Virus record (IMG/VR): IMGVR_UViG_3300044723_010558
Length of the DNA: 30,477 bases
Source of the DNA: a virus
Reading direction: 5' to 3' (one strand)
Made by a program: the position numbers and the translations under genes. The notes under the pieces were generated by a model. The model did no database searches and was not told the DNA's origin. It worked only from the letters and a program-made list of their open reading frames with translations. Positions within the stretch are counted from its first letter, which is position 1, and the number at the start of each line of letters is the position of its first letter. Below, piece by piece: positions 26,501 through 30,477 of the stretch.

Positions 26501-29210
26501 TGCTAACACTACTGCGTGTTATAATTCTGCGGTTGGTTATAGGGCTTTATGTAAAAATACAACAGGTTATTTCAATACTGCTATTGGGGTAGATGCATTA
26601 TTTAACAATACAACCGGTATTTCCAATACAGCATTAGGTCTTAACAGCTTATTTGGGAATACGACGGGATCTTATAGTACAGGTGTAGGTCATGGAGCTT
26701 TATTTTGTAACACAACTGGGCGTAATACTGCAGTTGGTTTCACTGGTTTATATTTTAATACAACAGGTAGTTGTAATACAGCTTTAGGGGATAGTGCATT
26801 GTATAATAATACTACTGGAAACGAGAATACCGCTAGTGGTTATCAGGCAATGGTAACAAATACTACGGGTAGTTATAACGCTGCTTTTGGTAGGTCTGCG
26901 TTATTATCTAACACAACTGGTAATCATAATACAGCTAGTGGTTACCATGCTATGTTATTGAATAGTACTGGTTCACGTAACTCTGCATTTGGTAGAACAA
27001 CATTAAGAGGTAATACTATTGGTAGTTGTAATACAGCAATGGGTATGTATTCTATGTATAGTAATACTACCGCTGATGGTAATACAGCATATGGTTATGC
27101 TTCATTGTTCGCGAATACAACTGGTGGTCAGAATACTGCAAGCGGTTTTTATTCGTTATGTAAAAACACGACTGGAAGTTATAATACTACAACCGGGGGT
27201 TACTCTTCATTTAATAACACAACAGGATGTGGTTTAGTTGCTTTAGGTTATGGAGCTGCATACTCTAATACAACAGCGAATCATACTACAGCTTTAGGTT
27301 ACCAATCTTTATACGATGTAACTACAGGTAGCTCTAATACTGGTTCAGGTTATAGGTCTGGTTTCAATATTTCTACCGGTGGACATAATGTCGCGATGGG
27401 TTGGAGAGCTATGTATGGTCCGAAAACGCCATCTGGTAACATAGCTATAGGTAGTGAAACAATGTACGCTCTAGGTACTGGCGATTGTAATGTTGCTATT
27501 GGTCATCAGTCATTAAATCAAAATACTGCTGGTCAGCTCAATACTGCAGTTGGTGGGTGTACGTTAAGATACAATACAACTGGTCAGTACAATACAGCTA
27601 TAGGTTATAGCGCGCTAAGAGCTAACACTACAGGCACTATTAACACCGCTGTTGGTATGTATGCTATGTTGAGTAATACAACAGGTCGTTGTAATACAGC
27701 AACTGGATATTACTCTCTAGGGTCAAATACAACAGGTAGTTATAGTACAGCAATGGGTTATTACTCGTTGAATTCCAATACAACTGGTCGTAATACTGCG
27801 TATGGTATGGAATCGCTGAGATTTAACACTACTGGAAGTTGTAATACTGCGCTGGGGGATAATGCGATGTATTGCAATACTGGTGGTTTTTGGAATACTG
27901 CGGTAGGTTTTTCAGCTTTATTAGCTAACACTACTGCTTGTTACAATACAGCTATAGGGTTTCAATCGTTACTTTGTAATACAGCTAATAACAACACAGC
28001 TGTTGGTTATAGATCTTTATGGTGTAACACAACAGGAATATGTAATACTGCAGTTGGTATGCATGCGTTATCTAAAAATACAACTGGTGAAATTAACGCT
28101 GCATTAGGTCATTATGCTCTTGCTTGTAATACAACCGGCGCTGGTAACACAGCAATGGGTGCTTGTTCAATGAGAGATAATACAACAGCAGCATATAACA
28201 CTGCTTTTGGTCAGTTTACATTAGTGTATAATACAACAGGTGCTTCTAATACTGCTTTAGGTAGAACCACTTTATTCGTTAATACAATAGGGTGTCAAAA
28301 CGTTGCTGTTGGTATGAATGCAATGTGTTGTAATACAACAGGTAGTCTGAATACAGCTCTTGGTTATTGTACTTTAATTTGTAATACTACAGGTCTTTAT
28401 AATACTGCATCAGGGTCAGAATCTTTACGTGCAAATACAACAGGTTTCTGCAATACTGCATATGGTTATAACGCCGGATATAATATAACTACTGAAAGCA
28501 ATACAATTTCTATAGGTATCAACGCTGTATCTTGTGGAACTAACACAACAGTTATAGGTAACGGATCTACGACATGCTCTGTTTTTCCTGCTGGCCAAAT
28601 GAAGTTTGGCAGCTATGGGTCTGGAACTTACTCAGGAACACCAACTTACAGATTAGCTGTTGATTCAAGTGGGAACGTCATTGAAATATCTGTTGGTGCT
28701 GGAGCAATAGATGGTTGCGGAACAACATGTTACATACCTAAATGGAATGATTGCAACACAATATGCAACTCTGTTATTTATGAAGATGCTTCTGGTAACA
28801 TTGGTATTAATTGTACTACTCCATCTTACAAGCTGCATGTTAACGGATCATTTGCAGCTACATGCAAATCATTCGTCATCAATCACCCCACTAAATGTGG
28901 CCATATGCTGCGCTATGGATCTCTTGAGTCTCCATACCACGGCGTTAGATTAACAGGTAAGTCCTGCACAGTTTGTGGATCAACAGAAGTTCAGTTGCCA
29001 GATTATATTCATGCATTAGTTCATGAAGAAGATGTCAATGTTCAAATCACAAATTACAAACACGGCCATGTGATGTGGGTGGATGATGTGGATGTCGATA
29101 ACAATAAATTCACAGTAAAAACAGAAACAGAAGATGTTAAAGAATTTTATTGGTCATTCACTGCAGTAAGAAAAGATGTAGACAGATTACAGACAGAATA
29201 TGCCGAATAA
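14529..29210 (+). CDS. Giant (4893 aa) modular tail fibre / adhesin with beta-solenoid repeats and collagen-like segments
   Basis: Single uninterrupted 14.7-kb ORF directly after gpJ. It has an FN3-like N-terminal region (EYYFKIRPIDRYG), repeated IGIGT.TP...LHV.G fibre linkers, G-X-Y stretches, about 3200 aa of 17-residue repeats, and a C-terminal KSFVINHPTK...LRYGSLE domain of a type seen at the ends of phage fibres. Confidence 0.85.
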   Translation: MSFTKYLSQTPQDFGQALQVSGFSVTNSAADASYVANLTPTSDPLFISGSGVPAGALISSGDFWRENPYIQWSLYNPTNNKVYDNQKLSSLNFFSGFDLSIKDETGLLISTLETGYYKNYYEIDINSLKDDFDYFSGLDERRFRFEVVSNDYYGRKHTGIFFLTCERPDITGLSAYIGKEIVFLPEFSKNSGVNALHLCIGTGANFDVLETGSANNPIAKMQIRPDNGDVSNFRYQHQPPLNSGYYYGFYAEDVYGTGAAYIYPSSIKPFEIDPLHYNIKPSGFRGKVIVERDSLNKDIKPYFKASINKDFTLDKTQYEVFVFQSGSRELEDSFSIDSQSIKNVKYYVHGSGENRIDSLFYSGDRFRGQDYYYSGANSEPVFSVYNTTGIQWKEHTIILDNQASLPGGYYTGQSPVTEIAIAAGNTTGNKIYLGVEIDPDSKQFYFYPSGGYYGSGIYTGTYATSLTGGYYVYENYGPSGPSGPSGPSGPTGPQSSGYATQITGITGSLVATNLSGFISTNYEPNFSYNLSPDNEYYFKIRPIDRYGKKGSFSDLIYISSNDITSAVTGAGYTTGIINGDTASGIAYYNADLDVLNISDRVLASGEGLSLSGYLYDTTGSTGAAGYVLTSRESGVFWEEVGQGDGTISGSGTATYIPMWSGTTELTDSNIYQSGSSIGIGTTSPGKDLHIVGDTRLEGYLYDYNNTTGAAGYVLTSEENGPQWKQIEDVLSGVGGSGATNYVAKWSDEDTLTTGILYDNGTSVGIGTTTLAEALTVNGRVEADEFIGDLRGPVVFKANAGEAITKGEAVYISGISGNKTVVALADADNASKMPAFGVAYETVSQNSDITIVTFGIVTNLDTSAYSEGTELFVSTVPGQLTGVAPTGESALLQKLTKVTRSDNSAGSMTVMGAGRTNAVPNLNEGRLFVGNANDEPVADGTVHIDIANSKVGIGTSTPSTELHVTGKVTIETIDLDASLTEFLVIDSSGEIHKRTSGADGSSGTSGTSGTSGSSGTSGTSGTTGTSGTSGSSGTSGTTGTSGSSGTSGSSGTSGSSGSSGTTGTSGTSGSSGTSGTGGTSGSSGTTGTSGSSGTSGSAGSAGSSGTSGTSGILNLTGPNNFTIIKDSATSGFAGGIYYSGTGGTTGSVGIGTTGPLSELHIEKGLTGDSSQLRITNGTGATIRMGITGSGANEAAHIKTNSGENLEFQIGRAADSASPDVLFKSGGGVQFSVYGSGTFTGTATQRLAVDSSGNIIEIPIGSGAIDGCGTQCYIPKWHDANTICDSVIYQDGNNIGIGTITPAGKLDVAGDVYVNGVRVGKGSNSVAGNTTVGCNALACNTSGGFNTAIGNSALECNTSGYDNTAVGQCALKNNDYGTRNTAIGRAVGINITSGANNTGVGWETLNNTTSSSRNTALGARALRNNTIGCCNTASGSYSQCSNTSGKLNTSYGAESLRYNTTGNCNTSIGVLSLYCNTTGNANTAVGVNSLKSNTTGFANTASGGYALTANTTGSCSVAIGYNALKSNTSGYSNNAVGYQSLYNNTTGIHNQAFGKNSLYSNTTGGYNTASGYRSLVCNTTGCQNTAFGMYTLTEVLGNSCNVAVGAYALRYNTESANSALGWQALYCNTTGTRNVAVGYTSLAYNTVGGQNTAIGHSALISNTTGSQHTASGNYALESNTTGVRNTALGTESMRCNTIGNDNVAVGRASLNKNTSGSSNTAIGKDAMFSNTSGARNTAVGLRSLYINTTGDNNTASGYYALRNNVTGADNTALGYRALRFNTAGSNTAVGASALFTNTTGTFNTAVGKNALYANTTGGCNAALGHYSLSLNTTGSRNTASGRYALKSNTTANDNTATGYLAMGCNTTGSYNTASGKYSLLCNTTGLHNTVSGYKALMCNTSGSYNVAFGSAALECTTGGNNTAVGHEASRRATNNCYNTAVGFQSLYCNLTNETTAVGFRSLFVNTTGCYNTALGFESLLCNTTGLANTAVGYSSLRANVGLKNTSVGSKSLIYNTTANDNAALGYASLYFNTTGNNNTASGAYSLCSNTVGSCNTAFGRSTLLYNTGGLLNSGLGYQALFCNVTGCYNTASGSYALKNNTATGNTALGYAAAGSNTTGTGIVAIGCRALNASTTGNNNVAVGNAAMYCNTSGRCNTAVGTYSLYNNTSGNLNTGLGYYTLGSTTTGSCNTATGYFALWNNTTGNYNVAIGWNALYANKQSTNVAVGAEAMRCNTDGIRSTSIGTGALKTNSTGNCNSASGYRALYCNTTGSNNTASGVYALCFNTTGGANVAFGHVAARANTNGVGNTAIGYGTLQTNTSSSYSTALGYKALNVNTCPQNTAIGGFAMACNTTGYCNTAVGYTALYLNTTGIHNTAVGRNALQQNTSGYQNTAIGADALKNNILGRQSTAVGFYSLCNNCGNFNTASGAYSMMTNTTGEYNSAFGRTALYLNTSGCHNTALGANALCSNTTACYSTAIGSYALKSNTTGENTAIGFCSLFSNTTGTGNVAVGINTLTQNTTGTRNTAVGSAALYSNTTGSYNSAFGCGALQVSTTGDYNTAMGERALKNSTTASQNVAYGFCSMYANTTGGCNTALGYIAMFNNTTGYFNTAIGYRSYECNQTSSATTAIGTCSQRTTTIGGNTSVGHHSLRFNTTGNFNTAVGTSAMEYTSTGVRNTAIGYAAAVLTSTGQSNTTSGSYSLHQNTTGSYNSAFGERAMRLNTTGALNSAFGRLALCSNTTGSYNTAVGAQSLLSNTTGSDNTASGYLTQYSNTTGYSNVSIGNRSLCSNTTGALNTALGISALRFNTANWNTAVGAEALFCNTSGTRNTGSGYRVMYNNTTGNYNSAFGDRALYCNTTGSGNTASGYRALWGNRTANNNTAIGWYSMLSNTTGFNNTASGKYALRNNSTGYNNSAFGENSLACNTTGHTNIALGRFTLLNNNGSLNIAIGNGAMQSNTTSLKNVAMGHSSMYANTTGNENTASGHYSLQNNTTGCDNAAFGSCALQQNTTGILNTAVGSKALHCNIVGTNNTAVGTVALKYNTGHANTAVGAYAIWAGTSSGYNTAIGRTALYQLTTGNYNTASGYRSLFTTTIGCENVATGSFSLNSTTTGVRNTALGYAALHDNTTGSYNVAVGWNASRTSTTYVNTIAIGCCAQPPANNTTVIGNGSTTCSIFPAGQMKFGSYGSGTYSGVHNKFLGVDTSGNVLEISSGVGTGSVTSSSCTTCYLTKWTNGPNEVIGNSVVYEDSCGNIGIGTVAPAAKLQVTNQAIIDGLTIGQGGGDVSTNTALGQCALNANTTGAYNTAVGDAALCSNTSGGCNVAVGAFALVENTLGGKNTAVGHGALNKTTTGCRNTASGHYSMFWNTTGIFNSAYGTCSLKVNSSGSQNVAFGYNSMMCNSTGTGNTASGSYSLFRNTTAYNNTAYGSSALKCNTTGCNNTALGAGTLLANTTGSCNVAVGMCSLYCNTTGSCNTALGYQSLRNNTGAYNTAVGNSALTSNTTAINNTGIGNQALYYTTSGNYNTALGAVALCSNSTGKANTTTGSYSLRGNTTGCYNTASGYYALRCNTTANHNAAFGAYTMQYNTTGRQNTAVGNQALRYNTTGFVNAALGYQSLLSNTTGNYNTASGAYALVSNTTGNENTATGYLSMRNNTTGLNNVAYGVYSLCGNTTANNNAAFGHRTLKENTTGSKNTASGFYALRYNTTANANTASGYRSLTCNTTGCRNTASGAYALDKNTTGVSNTAIGASTLSYNTSGYYNTAIGDQAMFTNTTSRFNTAIGMYALYANSTGNYNTASGYNALVCTTSGYNTATGSGALLYNTSGAMGSAHGFRALFRNTTASQNTALGAYALCGNTTGDKNTASGYQALLYNTVGVRNTASGHYALRQNTTGNENAAVGYQALLNNTTGGGNMAFGAHALCSNTSASTNSAFGLCSLYSNTTGTNNAAFGGFSLYSNTTGNCNTALGRSSMGANTTGCFNTAIGTFALDANTTACYNSAVGYRALCKNTTGYFNTAIGVDALFNNTTGISNTALGLNSLFGNTTGSYSTGVGHGALFCNTTGRNTAVGFTGLYFNTTGSCNTALGDSALYNNTTGNENTASGYQAMVTNTTGSYNAAFGRSALLSNTTGNHNTASGYHAMLLNSTGSRNSAFGRTTLRGNTIGSCNTAMGMYSMYSNTTADGNTAYGYASLFANTTGGQNTASGFYSLCKNTTGSYNTTTGGYSSFNNTTGCGLVALGYGAAYSNTTANHTTALGYQSLYDVTTGSSNTGSGYRSGFNISTGGHNVAMGWRAMYGPKTPSGNIAIGSETMYALGTGDCNVAIGHQSLNQNTAGQLNTAVGGCTLRYNTTGQYNTAIGYSALRANTTGTINTAVGMYAMLSNTTGRCNTATGYYSLGSNTTGSYSTAMGYYSLNSNTTGRNTAYGMESLRFNTTGSCNTALGDNAMYCNTGGFWNTAVGFSALLANTTACYNTAIGFQSLLCNTANNNTAVGYRSLWCNTTGICNTAVGMHALSKNTTGEINAALGHYALACNTTGAGNTAMGACSMRDNTTAAYNTAFGQFTLVYNTTGASNTALGRTTLFVNTIGCQNVAVGMNAMCCNTTGSLNTALGYCTLICNTTGLYNTASGSESLRANTTGFCNTAYGYNAGYNITTESNTISIGINAVSCGTNTTVIGNGSTTCSVFPAGQMKFGSYGSGTYSGTPTYRLAVDSSGNVIEISVGAGAIDGCGTTCYIPKWNDCNTICNSVIYEDASGNIGINCTTPSYKLHVNGSFAATCKSFVINHPTKCGHMLRYGSLESPYHGVRLTGKSCTVCGSTEVQLPDYIHALVHEEDVNVQITNYKHGHVMWVDDVDVDNNKFTVKTETEDVKEFYWSFTAVRKDVDRLQTEYAE
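15957..16010 (+). repeat. Short collagen-like repeat (GPS)4-GPT-GPQ
   Basis: Six Gly-Pro-X triplets read directly from the sequence. Confidence 0.95.
17523..17855 (+). repeat. Proline-free collagen-like repeat, 37 G-X-Y triplets (GTS/GSS/GTT)
   Basis: Gly at every third residue for 111 aa. 71 of 74 X/Y positions are Ser or Thr; the exceptions are one Gly and two Ala. Confidence 0.97.
18507..24030 (+). repeat. 17-aa (51-nt) tandem repeat array, block 1 (about 108 units)
   Basis: Units such as NTTGNCNTSIGVLSLYC / NTTGNANTAVGVNSLKS / NTTGFANTASGGYALTA, with occasional 16-aa units. The count is estimated as length/51. Confidence 0.93.
24385..28560 (+). repeat. 17-aa (51-nt) tandem repeat array, block 2 (about 82 units)
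   Basis: Same consensus N-T-T-G-x-x-N-T-A-x-G-x-x-[AS]-[LM]-x-x. The count is estimated as length/51. Confidence 0.93.
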
Positions 29211-29246
29211 AAGTAGAAAAAACGAACCAAACATCTAAAATAATTA

Positions 29247-29918
29247 GTGAAAAAAGTCCTAATTGGAACTCCTGCGCATGACGGCAGATTAGATGTTTGG
29301 TATACCAATAGTTTGGTTAATACTATAAAAAGATCTTTTTCGGAAGGTTATAGTATTGATCCTATTTATACCAGCTTTGATAGTTTGATTCAGAGGGCAA
29401 GAAACAGTCTTTTCAAAATCGCTGTTGAACAAAATTTTGATTATTTGTTTTTTATTGATAGCGATGTCGAATGGGACCCAGAATGGGTTTTCAGATTGTT
29501 GAAATATCCTGAAGATGTGATTGGTGGGCCGCTGGTAAAGAAAAGTGACGATAAAGAAGGATACACTTGTAAAATTTTAAACAAAACTTTACAATACAAC
29601 GATTCAAAAACTTTAATTAAAGTTGATGCTGTGGGTACTGGTTTTATGAAGTTATCTCGTAAAGCTATTATGGATTTATGGAACAACAGCCCAATATATA
29701 AAAATGAAGAAAATCCGTACGACAGTACAGATCGTATGATTTGCAATGTGGAACTACAAAACGGCATATTGATCAGTGAAGATTTCATTATTTGTCAAAA
29801 ATTAAAAAAATTTAACTACACTATATGGATGGACCCTACATTTACTTTGAATCATTTAGGTCCTAAAAAATTCTTGGGAGATTTTCCTAAGTTTATGAAG
29901 AAAAGCGGTTACGCATGA
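29247..29918 (+). CDS. GT-A fold (GT2-like) glycosyltransferase
   Basis: GTG start. KVLIGTP N-terminal strand, SLIQRARN, DYLFFIDSDV (DxD motif), DAVGTGFM, SEDF, and a C-terminal NHLG. Confidence 0.8.
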   Translation: MKKVLIGTPAHDGRLDVWYTNSLVNTIKRSFSEGYSIDPIYTSFDSLIQRARNSLFKIAVEQNFDYLFFIDSDVEWDPEWVFRLLKYPEDVIGGPLVKKSDDKEGYTCKILNKTLQYNDSKTLIKVDAVGTGFMKLSRKAIMDLWNNSPIYKNEENPYDSTDRMICNVELQNGILISEDFIICQKLKKFNYTIWMDPTFTLNHLGPKKFLGDFPKFMKKSGYA

Positions 29919-30477
29919 GTAATTTTGATCAACCTATGGGCGGCACAGAATTGATGTACGCCGAATTAAAGAAAAGAATTTCACAATCATATTTTGAGAA
30001 GTTTTCTATATTTAATTATCCTTGTTACGCTGACTTCAATAAGCCTACTGTTTATTGGAACCAACTATCTTACGATCAAGAAGCTGTTCAGTTTTTAAGT
30101 GACTTGAATTATGTAGAGAATATTGATTATTTTGTTTTTGTAAGTAATTGGCAAGCAGAGATTTACAGAAAACACTTTAATCTCCAAGGCGACAAAATAA
30201 AAGTAATAAAAAACGCATGTTCTGGTGTAACACCTGATTTAGAAAAAAATAACGAAAAAACAAAAATTTGTTACACTTCGACTCCTTGGCGCGGATTAAA
30301 TGTTTTGCTTAAAGCATGGGAAATACTAAAGCCACAAACATGTGAGTTACACATATTTTCTAGTACAAAAATTTATGGCACAGAATTCTCTAAAAATGCT
30401 GGTTCACAGTACGATCATTTATATGAAAAATGTAAACAGCTGCCGAATGTTGTTTATAGAGGTGCGGTAAATAATGC
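29915..30477 (+). CDS. GT-B fold (GT4-like) glycosyltransferase, 3'-truncated by the window
   Basis: Not in the ORF track. The ATG at 29915 overlaps the upstream TGA (ATGA) and translates as MSNFDQPMGGTELMYAELK...DYFVFVSNWQAE...IKVIKNA...KICYTSTPWRGLNVLLKAW...LHIFSS...LPNVVYRGAVN with no stop to the window end. GGTE, FVS..Q, VI.N and RGL..LL.AW are GT4-type motifs. Confidence 0.85.
   Translation, partial: MSNFDQPMGGTELMYAELKKRISQSYFEKFSIFNYPCYADFNKPTVYWNQLSYDQEAVQFLSDLNYVENIDYFVFVSNWQAEIYRKHFNLQGDKIKVIKNACSGVTPDLEKNNEKTKICYTSTPWRGLNVLLKAWEILKPQTCELHIFSSTKIYGTEFSKNAGSQYDHLYEKCKQLPNVVYRGAVNN

Noticed and set aside
18507-28560. 51-nt periodicity as a CRISPR array or an assembly artefact
   Set aside because: Units are in-frame coding repeats with synonymous divergence, no invariant DNA repeat and no repeat-spacer alternation. 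No long exact duplications suggesting mis-assembly were noticed, though long reads would be the real test.
18507-28560. Ice-nucleation / antifreeze function (Thr-rich, Cys-rich solenoid with TAxGY motifs)
   Set aside because: Ice-binding solenoids rely on regular T-x-T arrays. The consensus here has N-T-T and N-T-A, with T-x-T only sporadically, and the period is 17, not 16. Not supported without an assay.
24011-28635. Near-identical segments at about 24011-24106 and 28541-28636 as a DGR template/variable repeat pair
   Set aside because: Mismatches are not confined to adenines of one copy and are mostly synonymous. No reverse transcriptase is present in the window.
1109-28953. The many short (60-130 aa) antisense or alternate-frame ORFs in the track
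   Set aside because: All lie inside long, motif-supported + strand genes and show no recognisable domains.
29211-29246. Rho-independent terminator after the giant fibre gene
   Set aside because: The 36-nt gap is A-rich, with no GC stem-loop or U-tract.
1-30477. Stop-codon reassignment (none of the 12 complete gene ends uses TAG)
   Set aside because: All genes, including a 4893-codon ORF, read full length in the standard code, so there are no in-frame TAG or TGA to explain. TAG scarcity is expected in AT-rich phages.
1-30477. tRNA, rRNA, integrase or IS elements
   Set aside because: Coding density is near 100% with the longest gap 36 nt, and no such motifs were seen.

Overview
A tailed-phage (siphovirus-type) tail and tail-tip operon, all on the + strand, with genes abutting or overlapping and no host genes visible. 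Gene order: tape-measure protein C-terminus (open from the window edge); two apparently paralogous tube-fold-like proteins flanking a 527-aa fibre; a tandem-duplicated lambda gpM-like distal tail protein; a 1005-aa multi-domain adhesin; lambda-like gpL, a JAB-only gpK, gpI and gpJ; a giant 4893-aa fibre; then two glycosyltransferases (the second is truncated by the window end). The giant fibre is the main oddity. It carries about 190 copies of a 17-residue N-T-T-G-x-x-N-T-A-x-G-x-x-A-L-x-x repeat in two duplicated cassettes, a proline-free (Gly-Ser/Thr-Ser/Thr)37 collagen-like stretch, and an abrupt switch from nearly Cys-free to Cys-rich sequence. The adjacent glycosyltransferases suggest a phage-encoded fibre-glycosylation system (inference). 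All family assignments come from motif recognition by eye, not database searches. Host, taxonomy and prophage status cannot be determined from this window.
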